This document shows, piece by piece, positions 49,570-60,264 of a DNA stretch of 64,000 bases. Position 1 is the stretch's first letter. The number at the start of each line of letters is the position of its first letter. Both the position numbers and the translations under genes were made by a program. This stretch comes from Paraphysomonas bandaiensis (lineage: Eukaryota; Protista; Chrysophyceae), in contig CBFFRP010000375.1 of assembly GCA_965644295.1 (NCBI GenBank), forward strand, positions 28,611 to 92,610, written 5' to 3'. The notes under the pieces were generated by a model that searched no databases, had not been told where the DNA came from, and worked only from the letters and a program-made list of their open reading frames with translations.

Positions 49570-50358
49570 TCATTCCTAGGAATTCCTAGGAAATATCCTA
49601 CCAGACAAGTCCAGAAAAACGAGAAAAGTTCTCACTCATCATCACCACTCACGTTTCCCCACACCCTCAGATTAAAGAATGGCGGCAATTTATTTTTTTC
49701 TCCCATTTTTACTATTTTTACCCTAAAAATACAGCATTCTATTGAGAAAAGGGTAGATGTAAAAAAGGTAATTTATTGCATACGGTTTACCCCAATAATG
49801 GAGCTCTATCTGTGGAAGAGATAAAAGACGTGATAGACACATTAAAAGATAGCAACAAATACAAGACAATATCGACATAAGACAGCAATGTCACAACCCT
49901 TTAAAGGAAAGATAAGACGAGGTTTATTCGTGGCATCATTAAGTGGGTCATTCCAGTCGTTATTAAGCATCTTATTGAGCAAGCAGGCGATCTGGTAAGT
50001 ATGAAGAAGAAGAGCAGTGTAGAAGGCCAAAAGTTGACTTAAATGTACGGAGTCTATGTATATTTATACTCATAGAGCGTATAAATTTTATCTTTTCTAT
50101 AGTGAGAGTATGAAAATATGTACAGAGTTGAAACACATTGACACACGCTCACACCCTTAATGTGCATATCACCAATATTCATCACAGTGAGCCCTTGAGC
50201 CGAGTGCACCTTCATAGACACCGTAAAAGCAAGTAAATCATAAGTACATATACGTTGACAGCAGATAACCCAAGAAATAATAATAATAAGCTTGTAGTTT
50301 ACTATTCCAATACAGATATAGTTCTCCTCTATATGTCAACCACCAGAGGCTGTTAGGT

Positions 50359-51677
50359 TATAACACGCTTATATCATAAAACAGCCTTCCGTATTATCAA
50401 ATGTACCTGACAATGCCATGTGCGCTCACAATTTGTTCACGATTCTTTTCTTCACGGAGACACAGCTCACCAACTAATAGTGTTTTACGCAGCGCATCTC
50501 CTAAAGTACTACGTTCTGATGTATCAAGTGAGTTCCACTGTTCCCTCAGCTGCAACGCTGAGCGCTGGGCCACATCAAGCAGGCCTGTTATAATGACAGA
50601 TATGTCTTCAAACAATTCATCCATTATCGTAGGAAGCTGGGCATCTGCATCTAGGATATTCTCCATAAAAGATGATAGTGTCTGAAGTCTCGCGGCATCG
50701 CCACTACCATTAGCATCATTCTATACACGATATATAACACTATAGAGTCAGAGTAATAATATATAACCTGCAAATATTCTGCCCATAAATTACGCAGAAT
50801 TTTCCCAGTGCGATGTACAGAGAGTCTTTTCTTTATTATTTGCATTTCTGATAGTGATTTAGAAGAATATAAGAGGTAACATACACTTGTTCTATATCGT
50901 ATTATACGATGATATGTATTACTATTGAACGAGCTGGACACTGAAGAGAAGACAGCAAATGGAACGATGATATCCTCGCATTAAATCATTCATATGAAAG
51001 CATAATATATTCATGTTCAAGAACTCCATATCGAGACCATTCAAATAATGAAACATATGAACAAGCCCGCATCATATCATCTACAGTATCTCATATATAT
51101 CATAGTCAAGTCACATGTCATGAGAGGTCGCAGTGATCCACTTCCACTTCATTCATTATTACACTTCAGACTTCTGGCCACAATAGAATAATACAATGTA
51201 TTTTATATTGTAGTTTTTATTGGAATATAAAACGAAGTCACGAGCAGCAGATTATTACCAGTATATATTTAAATTTCATCTCAGTTACTTATACACAGTT
51301 GCCCTTTACTCTGGAATATCATACCAGTGATATCCTCAGCTACTGTATATTATCTTTGCTCATTATTACCATGTCATCTGGGCCTGAGTTATCTGCAGCT
51401 GCAATGATAAAACGATTTCGTGAAGGTAAACCAATGAGTCGTGAAGAGCGTAGGACCAGAGACATTGGTGAGATGTGGTGGATAGATAAAGATAAACCCT
51501 TGGAGGATGATAATTCAGATAGCATTGAATCACTTCCTCGTCCTTCTCCGCTGAAACCTATGAATCAATCCCGGCCCACTGATGTAGATAAGTTTAAGGA
51601 CGATCTTGACCCATTGTCACATTACAGATTCTCGGATTCATTTGATAACAGAAGAAGTAACAGAGGAAAGCAGGAAG
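50359..51677. pseudogene. Segmental duplicate (copy 2) of 41948..~43266: first exons of the BEACH-like gene, promoter, and 5' part of the PROSER3-like gene
   Basis: Near-identical sequence and ORFs; ends at the Copia LTR. Confidence 0.93.
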
Positions 51678-52060
51678 TGTTGTAAGGCAATAACAAGCCA
51701 CAAGTTGATAGTAAACGATAGTGTTAATAACTTGTTTTATCAGAGGTTATCTGTGATAATAATGACTAGCATTCTAATCTGTCTTCTATCACAGACTACA
51801 CCTACAGCTTACACTTTGGACATATATATATGCCCTTACTCTATACTAATCCACTGTACATATTGGACTGTACATATCCTACACCGTATTGTCATCATAC
51901 ACCGTATAATGGTATACCGTTACCCTACTGTAGCTGGCTGTCTACACTGTATATATCCTGTATACTATACATCCACAGTATAGTGCAATATACAGCAGTA
52001 TACTCTCAAACCAAGCTTTCACTCCAATGACAGCCAACCTCCTATACGGGGATGACAACA
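51678..52060 (-). repeat. 3' LTR, 383 bp
   Basis: TGTTGT...ACAACA terminal inverted repeat, next to the PPT; the host sequence breaks exactly at 51677/51678. Confidence 0.88.
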
Positions 52061-52190
52061 CACCCTCCTATGTTCAGTCCAACGCCTGATCTCCTCTTTT
52101 CGTCCATAAAATATGAACCTATAAATAAATATTAAATACCGTGACATCAATCGGCTATTGCTCGACTAAGTCACAACTGCCCCCCCATAA

Positions 52191-53980
52191 TGCTCTGTGT
52201 CATAGGCTTAAACCCAAATGATACGCAGGCCTTTGCCTATAGACAACAAAAAGTGCTCTGTGTCATAGGCTAAAACCCAAATGATACGCAGGCAATTGTC
52301 TATAGACAGAATAAAAGAATGCTCTGTGTCATAGGCTTAAACCCAAATGATACGCAGGCCTTTGCCTATAGACAACAAAAAGTGCTCTGTGTCATAGGCT
52401 AAAACCCAAATGATACGCAGGCAATTGTCTATAGACAGAATAAAAGAATGCTCTGTGTCATAGGCTTAAACCCAAATGATACGCAGGCCTTTGCCTATAG
52501 ACAACAAAAAGTGCTCTGTGTCATAGGCTAAAACCCAAATGATACGCAGGCAATTGTCTATAGACAGAATAAAAGAATGCTCTGTGTCATAGGCTTAAAC
52601 CCAAATGATACGCAGGCAATTGTCTATAGACAGCAAAAAGTGCTCTGTGTCATAGGCTTAAACCCAAATGATACGCAGGCAATTGTCTATAGACAGAACA
52701 AAAGAATGCTCTGTGTCATAGGCTTAAACCCAAATGATACGCAGGCCTTTTCCTATAGACAACAAAAAGTGCTCTGTGTCATAGGCTAAAACCCAAATGA
52801 TACGCCGGCAATTGTCTATAGACAGAACAAAAGAATGCTCTGTGTCATAGGCTTAAACCCAAATGATACGCAGGCCTTTTCCTATAGACAACAAAAAGTG
52901 CTCTGTGTCATAGGCTAAAACCCAAATGATACGCCGGCAATTGTCTATAGACAGAACAGAAGAATGCTCTGTGTCATAGGCTTAAACCCAAATGATACGC
53001 AGGCCTTTGCCTATAGACAACAAAAAGTGCTCTGTGTCATAGGCTAAAACCCAAATGATACGCCGGCAATTGTCTATAGACAGAACAAAAGAATGCTCTG
53101 TGTCATAGGCTTAAACCCAAATGATACGCAGGCCTTTGCCTATAGACAACAAAAAGTGCTCTGTGTCATAGGCTAAAACCCAAATGATACGCAGGCAATT
53201 GTCTATAGACAACAAAAAGTGCTCTGTGTCATAGGCCAAATGATACGCAGGCAATTGTCTATAGACAGAATAAAAGAATGCTCTGTGTCATAGGCTTAAA
53301 CCCAAATGATACGCAGGCCTTTGTCTATAGACAACAAAAAGTGCTCTGTGTCATAGGCTAAAACCCAAATGATACGCAGGCAATTGTCTATAGACAGAAT
53401 AAAAGAATGCTCTGTGTCATAGGCTTAAACCCAAATGATACGCAGGCCTTTGCCTATAGACAACAAAAAGTGCTCTGTGTCATATAGGCTAAAACCCAAA
53501 TGATACGCAGGCCTTTGCCTATAGACAACAAAAAGTGCTCTGTGTCATAGGCTAAAACCCAAATGATACGCCGGCAATTGTCTATAGACAGAACAGAAGA
53601 ATGCTCTGTGTCATAGGCTTAAACCCAAATGATACGCAGGCCTTTGCCTATAGACAACAAAAAGTGCTCTGTGTCATAGGCTAAAACCCAAATGATACGC
53701 AGGCAATTGTCTATAGACAGAATAAAAGAATGCTCTGTGTCATAGGCTTAAACCCAAATGATACGCAGGCCTTTGCCTATAGACAACAAAAAGTGCTCTG
53801 TGTCATAGGCTAAAACCCAAATGATACGCAGGCAATTGTCTATAGACAGAATAAAAGAATGCTCTGTGTCATAGGCTTAAACCCAAATGATACGCAGGCC
53901 TTTGCCTATAGACAACAAAAAGTGCTCTGTGTCATAGGCTAAAACCCAAATGATACGCAGGCAATTGTCTATAGACAGAA
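52191..53980. repeat. Tandem array of ~28 units, alternating 63-bp (A) and 66-bp (B) types (129-bp higher-order repeat)
   Basis: A=TGCTCTGTGTCATAGGCTTAAACCCAAATGATACGCAGGCCTTTGCCTATAGACAACAAAAAG; B=TGCTCTGTGTCATAGGCTAAAACCCAAATGATACGCAGGCAATTGTCTATAGACAGAATAAAAGAA; a few hybrid or indel units. Confidence 0.97.
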
Positions 53981-54095
53981 CGATAACGAGAATACTCGTG
54001 GATTTAGTATCTGAAAAACACCATAATTAGTTATAATATCACGAAATACTCTACACATCATGCATATGTCATAAATTTCAATTTCTCTTCCCTGT

Positions 54096-57000
54096 TTACT
54101 CCTTCATTCCAAGCAACAACGGCCGAAGGCGATGAAAGTCAACAGGACCCAAAGGTTTAGTCAGAATATCAGCAACATTTGATTCTGATGGCACGTGTTG
54201 AAACCTTATCACTCCTTCACGCACCTGCTCAATTAAAAAATTTACTCTTGTAATATAATGCTTGACCCTCTTATGATTTCCACTAAAATCCTCCGCCAGA
54301 GTAATCATCGACGCATTATCCGCAAAAATTAGAGTGGGTTCCAACTGCTCAAACCCCAATTCCGCTAGCAATTGTCTAAACCATATAATCTCTTTTGTAG
54401 CCTCGACTGCTGCAGAATTCTCACTCTCAGTAGACGACAGCGTCACATTCGTTTGCTTTGTCGACCTAGAATAAAACATCCCTGCAAAATCTCCCAATGA
54501 GAAGCAGTATCCCGTTTGGGATCGAGAATCTGGGTGCGATGCATATGTAGCGTCAACAAAACAAAACAATCGCGTCGCCGCTGCTGCATCAGCTTTAGCT
54601 GTTCTGTGAAAACATATGCCCATTTCTCGTGTTCCCCCCAGGTAACTTACAACACGAAGCAAAGCCTGGAAATCCTTCTCCGTACACCATTGAGCACGTG
54701 TAGCCAGTCGATTCACCGCATATGCAATGTCCGGTCGAGTTTTAATAATAAACAATAACTTCCCTAGCAACCTCATATACCGAGTATAATCACAACGCGG
54801 TGAGTCATCCTGATCTTCATCCGAAAATTTTGACGACATAGGCACATTTGCATATTTCAGCTTTTGAAGTCCATACTCCTTCACCAGCTCATCAATCTGT
54901 TTCGGTTGCGTCAGACACATAGTTCCATCCGGCAAATGTTCGATGTGAATTCCCAGGAAAGTCTCAAGAGATTCTGATACCTTCAACGCATATCTCACCC
55001 TTAGCGTTCGCAACAGATCATCAATTAACTCCTGATCCGTACTTGCCACTGCAAAATCATCCACATGCACCACCATCATAATTAATTTCGAACCCTTTCG
55101 TTTATAGAACATACAAGGATCCGCTGCCGTTCGAGTATATCCATACCGCAGTAAAAACCCGGAAACATCATTATAAAATGCTGAAGGACTCTCCGGCAGT
55201 CCATATAACGTCTTTTTTAGTCTCCAAAACACTGAAACATTATCCGTAATTTGAGATGGAAGCTGAATATACACTGGCTCTGACATCTCTGGATACAGAA
55301 ACGCCCCTTTTATGTCGATGCCAACGACAATTAAACTAAACATAATAGCTATAGCAAACAAGAGTTTCAACGACTTTTCATGCGACGTTGGAGCAAATAA
55401 ACTCTGGAAAACACCCTGAATCCAATTTCCGATAACAACCAAACGCGCTTTTGCTTCCTGCATATTTCCCATAGCATCCTCTTTCTTATGCAAAACAAAC
55501 TTCGTTGGATAAATCGGAGCCCCATGGGGAATATCTTCCGCCAATACTTGCTCTCCAGTTTCTCTCTCTGCTAACGTTGACAATTCCTTTTCACATGCTG
55601 GTTTCCACACCTTATCCCACTCTGGACCGTTAATAGCCTCATTCAATGTCGGATCCCTCGAGCTATCTCTCGGCTTTCGTTGTGCGGTCGTCACTACCGG
55701 TGTATATCGCTGAACAGGTTGTCTCTCTCCACGTAGCCGCTTAGCCACACACAACTCATCCACATTCGAGTCGTGTAGCACAACATGCTCTTCATCCTTT
55801 CGTGGTCTTCCCCGTTTGCGAGACACCTCCTTACCCATACATAATTCAGGAGAAACACATGTCGAAGGTTGCTCCTCTGGCTTTTTCGCAAGTACTTCAT
55901 CATAGTCCAGTAATACATTATCCCCTGCTGTACTAGACCAACCCAAACGCTCTTCCACACCCTCCTGATCGTGTCTGTCCGTCCTCTCCTGAACACCCTC
56001 CTGAACTCCTGAAACTTTCTCACTGCAAATTGCTTCCATACTGTCAATATCTTTAGCTAAAATAGCATCATCTTCCAACATTTCATGACTAGGATGCCAT
56101 GGTGCCGCACACAAATCAACATAGTCCTGAGACGCAGCTTTTATTGACGGAAAATTTATTGTACCATCCTCAGAAACCGTATGATTCATTTCTTGAATCT
56201 CCTTCATAGATCTCACTCTATCCTCTAATCCCAACTTTACCGCTCGCACATCTCTACGCACATAAAATTTTCTACTCCCCCGAGCTGGTATATAAACCAA
56301 TGTTGCTCCATTTGCACAACATGTTGATCCTACGGCGAATCCATACTCAGCATGCGGTGCGAAAGTAAATTTAGACTGCTGTTGACGTAATACCACTGAC
56401 ACCACTGGCTGTCCCCAATAAAACTTAAACCATCTCATAATATCCGGATGCTTACCAGTTACCCAATAATACGGAGAATATTCTCCACTCAACTTATTAG
56501 GACAACAATTTGACGCCATGAGAAACGCAAGAAGTGCAGTCGGCCACATTTTATTTCCCAAATGAAACTGATGTACAAGAACCGCCGCCACTCCTTTTTC
56601 GACTGTCTGCATTGATCTTTCCGCTGGATCTTGAAACTGTGCTTCCGGGGCTGCCGGTTCTACTACAATTCCGAGTTCATTTAAATTCAATCTCAAACTC
56701 TCTGCCTTTTCCACAATACCCGCATCTAGACGAAGTACTCTAACTTCATGACCATAACCCTTTAAAAATGCACGTATTGACACCACTGCTGCCAGCAAAG
56801 ATCCTGAAGTATGTTCTTTGACCAAGGATGCCCATTTATATCCTTTCGTCGTCTCAACACCCATATAAAAACCAATCCAACCACCAATACCTACAGGATT
56901 CACTGGTTTGAAATCCATAGCAATTGTATGACCCACTGCCACAGGATGAATTCCCGAACCAAACCGGCGAGATAAACGATTAGTTTTCCCCATTAAACAC

Positions 57001-57257
57001 GCCAAACAATCCTGATGCAAATACACCTGTTCTATCACCGAAGGATTTACTTTTACACCCGGCCACGCTCCATTCTTGATTGCCTTTACCATCACTGCCG
57101 ACGGGGCCGCATGATGAAGTCGAGTGTGTAGTTGAACAACTTCATCAATTTCACCTCGTCGCACACCACGACGATGAACAGCTGTAATCACGCCTATATC
57201 CACTATATCTGAAAGAGGCTCCAGGAAATCCACAGAAAAATTTCCTTTGCCAACCCC
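54096..57257 (-). CDS. Copia pol: integrase, RT, RNase H
   Basis: HTRLHH..CLAC, AMDF/RLDAG/PAER, KARLV, IDIKGAFL, LKKTLYGL, HVDD, FVDA/ESE/ADN/ADILTK; in frame with the upstream gag-PR ORF across one TGA. Confidence 0.93.
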   Translation of the reverse strand, partial: GVGKGNFSVDFLEPLSDIVDIGVITAVHRRGVRRGEIDEVVQLHTRLHHAAPSAVMVKAIKNGAWPGVKVNPSVIEQVYLHQDCLACLMGKTNRLSRRFGSGIHPVAVGHTIAMDFKPVNPVGIGGWIGFYMGVETTKGYKWASLVKEHTSGSLLAAVVSIRAFLKGYGHEVRVLRLDAGIVEKAESLRLNLNELGIVVEPAAPEAQFQDPAERSMQTVEKGVAAVLVHQFHLGNKMWPTALLAFLMASNCCPNKLSGEYSPYYWVTGKHPDIMRWFKFYWGQPVVSVVLRQQQSKFTFAPHAEYGFAVGSTCCANGATLVYIPARGSRKFYVRRDVRAVKLGLEDRVRSMKEIQEMNHTVSEDGTINFPSIKAASQDYVDLCAAPWHPSHEMLEDDAILAKDIDSMEAICSEKVSGVQEGVQERTDRHDQEGVEERLGWSSTAGDNVLLDYDEVLAKKPEEQPSTCVSPELCMGKEVSRKRGRPRKDEEHVVLHDSNVDELCVAKRLRGERQPVQRYTPVVTTAQRKPRDSSRDPTLNEAINGPEWDKVWKPACEKELSTLAERETGEQVLAEDIPHGAPIYPTKFVLHKKEDAMGNMQEAKARLVVIGNWIQGVFQSLFAPTSHEKSLKLLFAIAIMFSLIVVGIDIKGAFLYPEMSEPVYIQLPSQITDNVSVFWRLKKTLYGLPESPSAFYNDVSGFLLRYGYTRTAADPCMFYKRKGSKLIMMVVHVDDFAVASTDQELIDDLLRTLRVRYALKVSESLETFLGIHIEHLPDGTMCLTQPKQIDELVKEYGLQKLKYANVPMSSKFSDEDQDDSPRCDYTRYMRLLGKLLFIIKTRPDIAYAVNRLATRAQWCTEKDFQALLRVVSYLGGTREMGICFHRTAKADAAAATRLFCFVDATYASHPDSRSQTGYCFSLGDFAGMFYSRSTKQTNVTLSSTESENSAAVEATKEIIWFRQLLAELGFEQLEPTLIFADNASMITLAEDFSGNHKRVKHYITRVNFLIEQVREGVIRFQHVPSESNVADILTKPLGPVDFHRLRPLLLGMKE

Positions 57258-58943
57258 TCATACATTTCCATCATCACCTATCCTGCCTTCCGGAATGTCC
57301 CATTCACCCTCAATTAACGTCCTAATATCAACATAATATAGCTGATGCACCTTATGCAATGGTTGTCTAACAACTAAATTACCGTGCTGATCCCAGCAGA
57401 AACATTCCAAACTCTTACTCAATAGTACATCAAAACCCTTCAAATTCAACGCTGGAACACTTAATATCGTACTACCGCATGATTCTACAATTGCCACTTT
57501 GCCAAGGATTCCTTTAAATATCACATAAAACTTTGACATTGTCGAAGTCTTATTTCCAAACGTCACTGAAATTGGAACGTCCCACTTATATACTTTCATT
57601 TTCAACACCGCAGCAACAATTGGAGGAGTAGTACTGATATTTGCACCTGAATCCACTAGAGCCATACATGCTTCTTTCCATTTATTACTTTGTCCCGTAT
57701 GATCATTGTCAACACATTTCTGAATAACGTTCTGTTGATACTCTACTTGTTGATCACTATCACTGTGTTGCTCATCTTCATAATAATCACAATTACTCTC
57801 CAGATAAGCATCCCATTGATCAGGAGTATATTCCAGAAATTCATTTGCAACTGCACCCATCTCACCCGTAGTAGACACAGCTGAAACTTTCCTTTGTTGT
57901 ACCGGCTGCTGGAACGACTGTCCTGACTTCTTCTCACGATTCCATGTTCGAGTGCCACTCTTGGCAGCAACTGTGCGGTCATCCCATCGTACACGTTTAG
58001 TTCCTTGAGCTGGCACGACAACAGACTTCTGCGTTTGATGAGTACGAGAAACCACCGGACATTCATAAAAATTGTGATATGTAGAATCCCTCTTCGAAGG
58101 CCACCATCTCCGACACTTATAACAATGAGTCGCTGAACATTCATAAAGCGCATGCAACTGTGAACAATTTCTACACTTAATTTGAGATGACTCTGGAGTA
58201 CGCGTCTGAGCTTGAGCCACAAATGACTCACATATTCCAACTTCAGTCAAAGAATTCACAGAACTCCTCCGGGGGGGAGCACCTGAAGCACCAGGAAAAA
58301 CGTACGCAGGAGGATGATTTTTACCTGCCTTTTGTTGCATAGAGTTCGACAGCAAAGATGACGAATCCACAGAATTTGAACCAAGCTGTAATAAGGAATC
58401 ATTGTCGGAATCCGAACATTTATCTTGTAACTGAATAACTCTATTCACTTCATCACACGCCAACGCATACGACATCTCCTCATTCTTATCAATATCAACA
58501 ATCACCGAGGAAAACATAGTACCCCGTAATTTCTCAAATAGCTTACCCTTAAGTTGACTATCTGATAATGGTTTACCCATTTTCCTGAGAATCTTATTCA
58601 ACAAACTTAAAGAAGACATAACATGCTTTGCAGATGGACCATCTTTTGCCTTTGGAATCCTATGTATATCTTCTAATATTTCTGATACAGCTTGTTCTGA
58701 GGTAGTCCCATATGCTTTTCTCATTTCCACACGACATCTCTGTAATTTTCGACGATCATTTGTATCATTGTCCTGTAGAATTTCATCCAATCTAGAAATT
58801 GGATTTTGCCCCAATCTTTCTATATACAAATGAAGTGCCTTTGTACATTTATCATCGTACTCTGCCATACTCTTCTGATAATCAGGAATGACCCTTAATT
58901 CTACAAATGAAAGCTGTTCTCCATTTGCTGCACGTTCTAACAC
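57258..58943 (-). CDS. Copia gag-protease (N-terminally truncated)
   Basis: Zn knuckles CRNC...H....C and CYKC..(12)..H....C; LVDSGA ... ILSV protease. Confidence 0.85.
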   Translation of the reverse strand: MLERAANGEQLSFVELRVIPDYQKSMAEYDDKCTKALHLYIERLGQNPISRLDEILQDNDTNDRRKLQRCRVEMRKAYGTTSEQAVSEILEDIHRIPKAKDGPSAKHVMSSLSLLNKILRKMGKPLSDSQLKGKLFEKLRGTMFSSVIVDIDKNEEMSYALACDEVNRVIQLQDKCSDSDNDSLLQLGSNSVDSSSLLSNSMQQKAGKNHPPAYVFPGASGAPPRRSSVNSLTEVGICESFVAQAQTRTPESSQIKCRNCSQLHALYECSATHCYKCRRWWPSKRDSTYHNFYECPVVSRTHQTQKSVVVPAQGTKRVRWDDRTVAAKSGTRTWNREKKSGQSFQQPVQQRKVSAVSTTGEMGAVANEFLEYTPDQWDAYLESNCDYYEDEQHSDSDQQVEYQQNVIQKCVDNDHTGQSNKWKEACMALVDSGANISTTPPIVAAVLKMKVYKWDVPISVTFGNKTSTMSKFYVIFKGILGKVAIVESCGSTILSVPALNLKGFDVLLSKSLECFCWDQHGNLVVRQPLHKVHQLYYVDIRTLIEGEWDIPEGRIGDDGNV

Positions 58944-60264
58944 TTGTTCTATATCGTATTATACGATGATAAGTATTACTATTGAACGAGCTGGACGACA
59001 CTGAAGAGAAGACAGCAAATGGAACGATGATATCCTCGCATTAAATCATTCATATGAAAGCATAATATATTCATGTTCAAGAACTCCATATCGAGACCAT
59101 TCAAATAATGAAACATATGAACAAGCCCGCATCATATCATCTACAGTATCTCATATATATCATAGTCAAGTCACATTGTCATGAGAGGTCGCAGTGATCC
59201 ACTTCCACTTCATTCATTATTACACTTCAGACTTCTGGCCACAATAGAATAATACAATGTATTTTATATTGTAGTTTTTATTGGAATATAAAACGAAGTC
59301 ACGAGCAGCAGATTATTACCAGTATATATTTAAATTTCATCTCAGTCACTTATACACAGTTGCCCTTTACTCTGGAATATCATACCAGTGATATCCTCAG
59401 CTACTGTATATTATCTTTGCTCATTATTACCATGTCATCTGGGCCTGAGTTATCTGCAGCTGCAATGATAAAACGATTTCGTGAAGGCAAACCAATGAGT
59501 CGTGAAGAGCGTAGGACCAGAGACATTGGTGAGATGTGGTGGATAGATAAAGATAAACCCTTGGAGGATGATAATTCAGATAGCATTGAATCACTTCCTC
59601 GTCCTTCTCCGCTGAAACCTATGAATCAATCCCGGCCCACTGATGTAGATAAGTTTAAGGACGATCTTGACCCATTGTCACATTACAGATTCTCGGATTC
59701 ATTTGATAACAGAAGAAGTAACAGAGGAAAGCAGGAAGTAAAGAATCTTTCATGGCGTCACGAATCTATTGACGATCTTATAGCTGGTGACATAAGTGAT
59801 ACGCATAGAATGGCTCCAATATTCCGTAGTAGTGGGTCGCAGAGCAAATATTTCCGAAATGATGATACCGCTAAAGGGAGAACACACAGTTCACTACTAA
59901 ATGATTCATATGAGTTCAAGCACCCAAGTGTAATGGATAGTTTGGAAGGTAATAGGGATGTACTGCACACACGTGATGGCCTGGGTGTTTCTGTGGACAC
60001 ACTAGGCAGTGCCGGGTTTAAAGCTCTACTAGCTCCTCATCTGAAACTAGATGGAAAGGATATTACGCCGACTGTGGTAGATGGAGGTACTAAAATGGAT
60101 GATATCAATTCAGGCCTTGAAGTGCTTATTAAAACACTTGGAGGGCGACAAGAGAAGTTTCTGACGGAACATGGGGTGGATGAAACCGTCACACAAGTAA
60201 GTTGGCATCTCGCACGCGATTAGTAGTATGCTCATGTATATACATGTACATATATTTATATGTC
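58940..60264. pseudogene. Segmental duplicate (copy 3) of 42472..43792: promoter, exon 1 and part of intron 1 of the PROSER3-like gene
   Basis: Near-identical; ORF 59360..60223 has the same translation as 42888..43751; interrupted in the intron by a Gypsy LTR. Confidence 0.93.

Larger units (their letters stand above)
51678..58945 (-). mobile_element. 5'-truncated Ty1/Copia element with a 3'UTR tandem array
   Basis: 3' LTR, PPT TAGGAGGGTG (52070..52061), gag-PR and IN-RT-RH ORFs; gag cut at ~58940; no 5' LTR or PBS. Confidence 0.93.

Noticed and set aside
52191-53980. CRISPR array
   Set aside because: No unique spacers, only two alternating unit types; no cas genes; eukaryotic retroelement context.
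52191-53980. Tandem hammerhead or twister ribozymes
   Set aside because: No CUGAUGA/GAAA core or twister pseudoknot pattern found on either strand.
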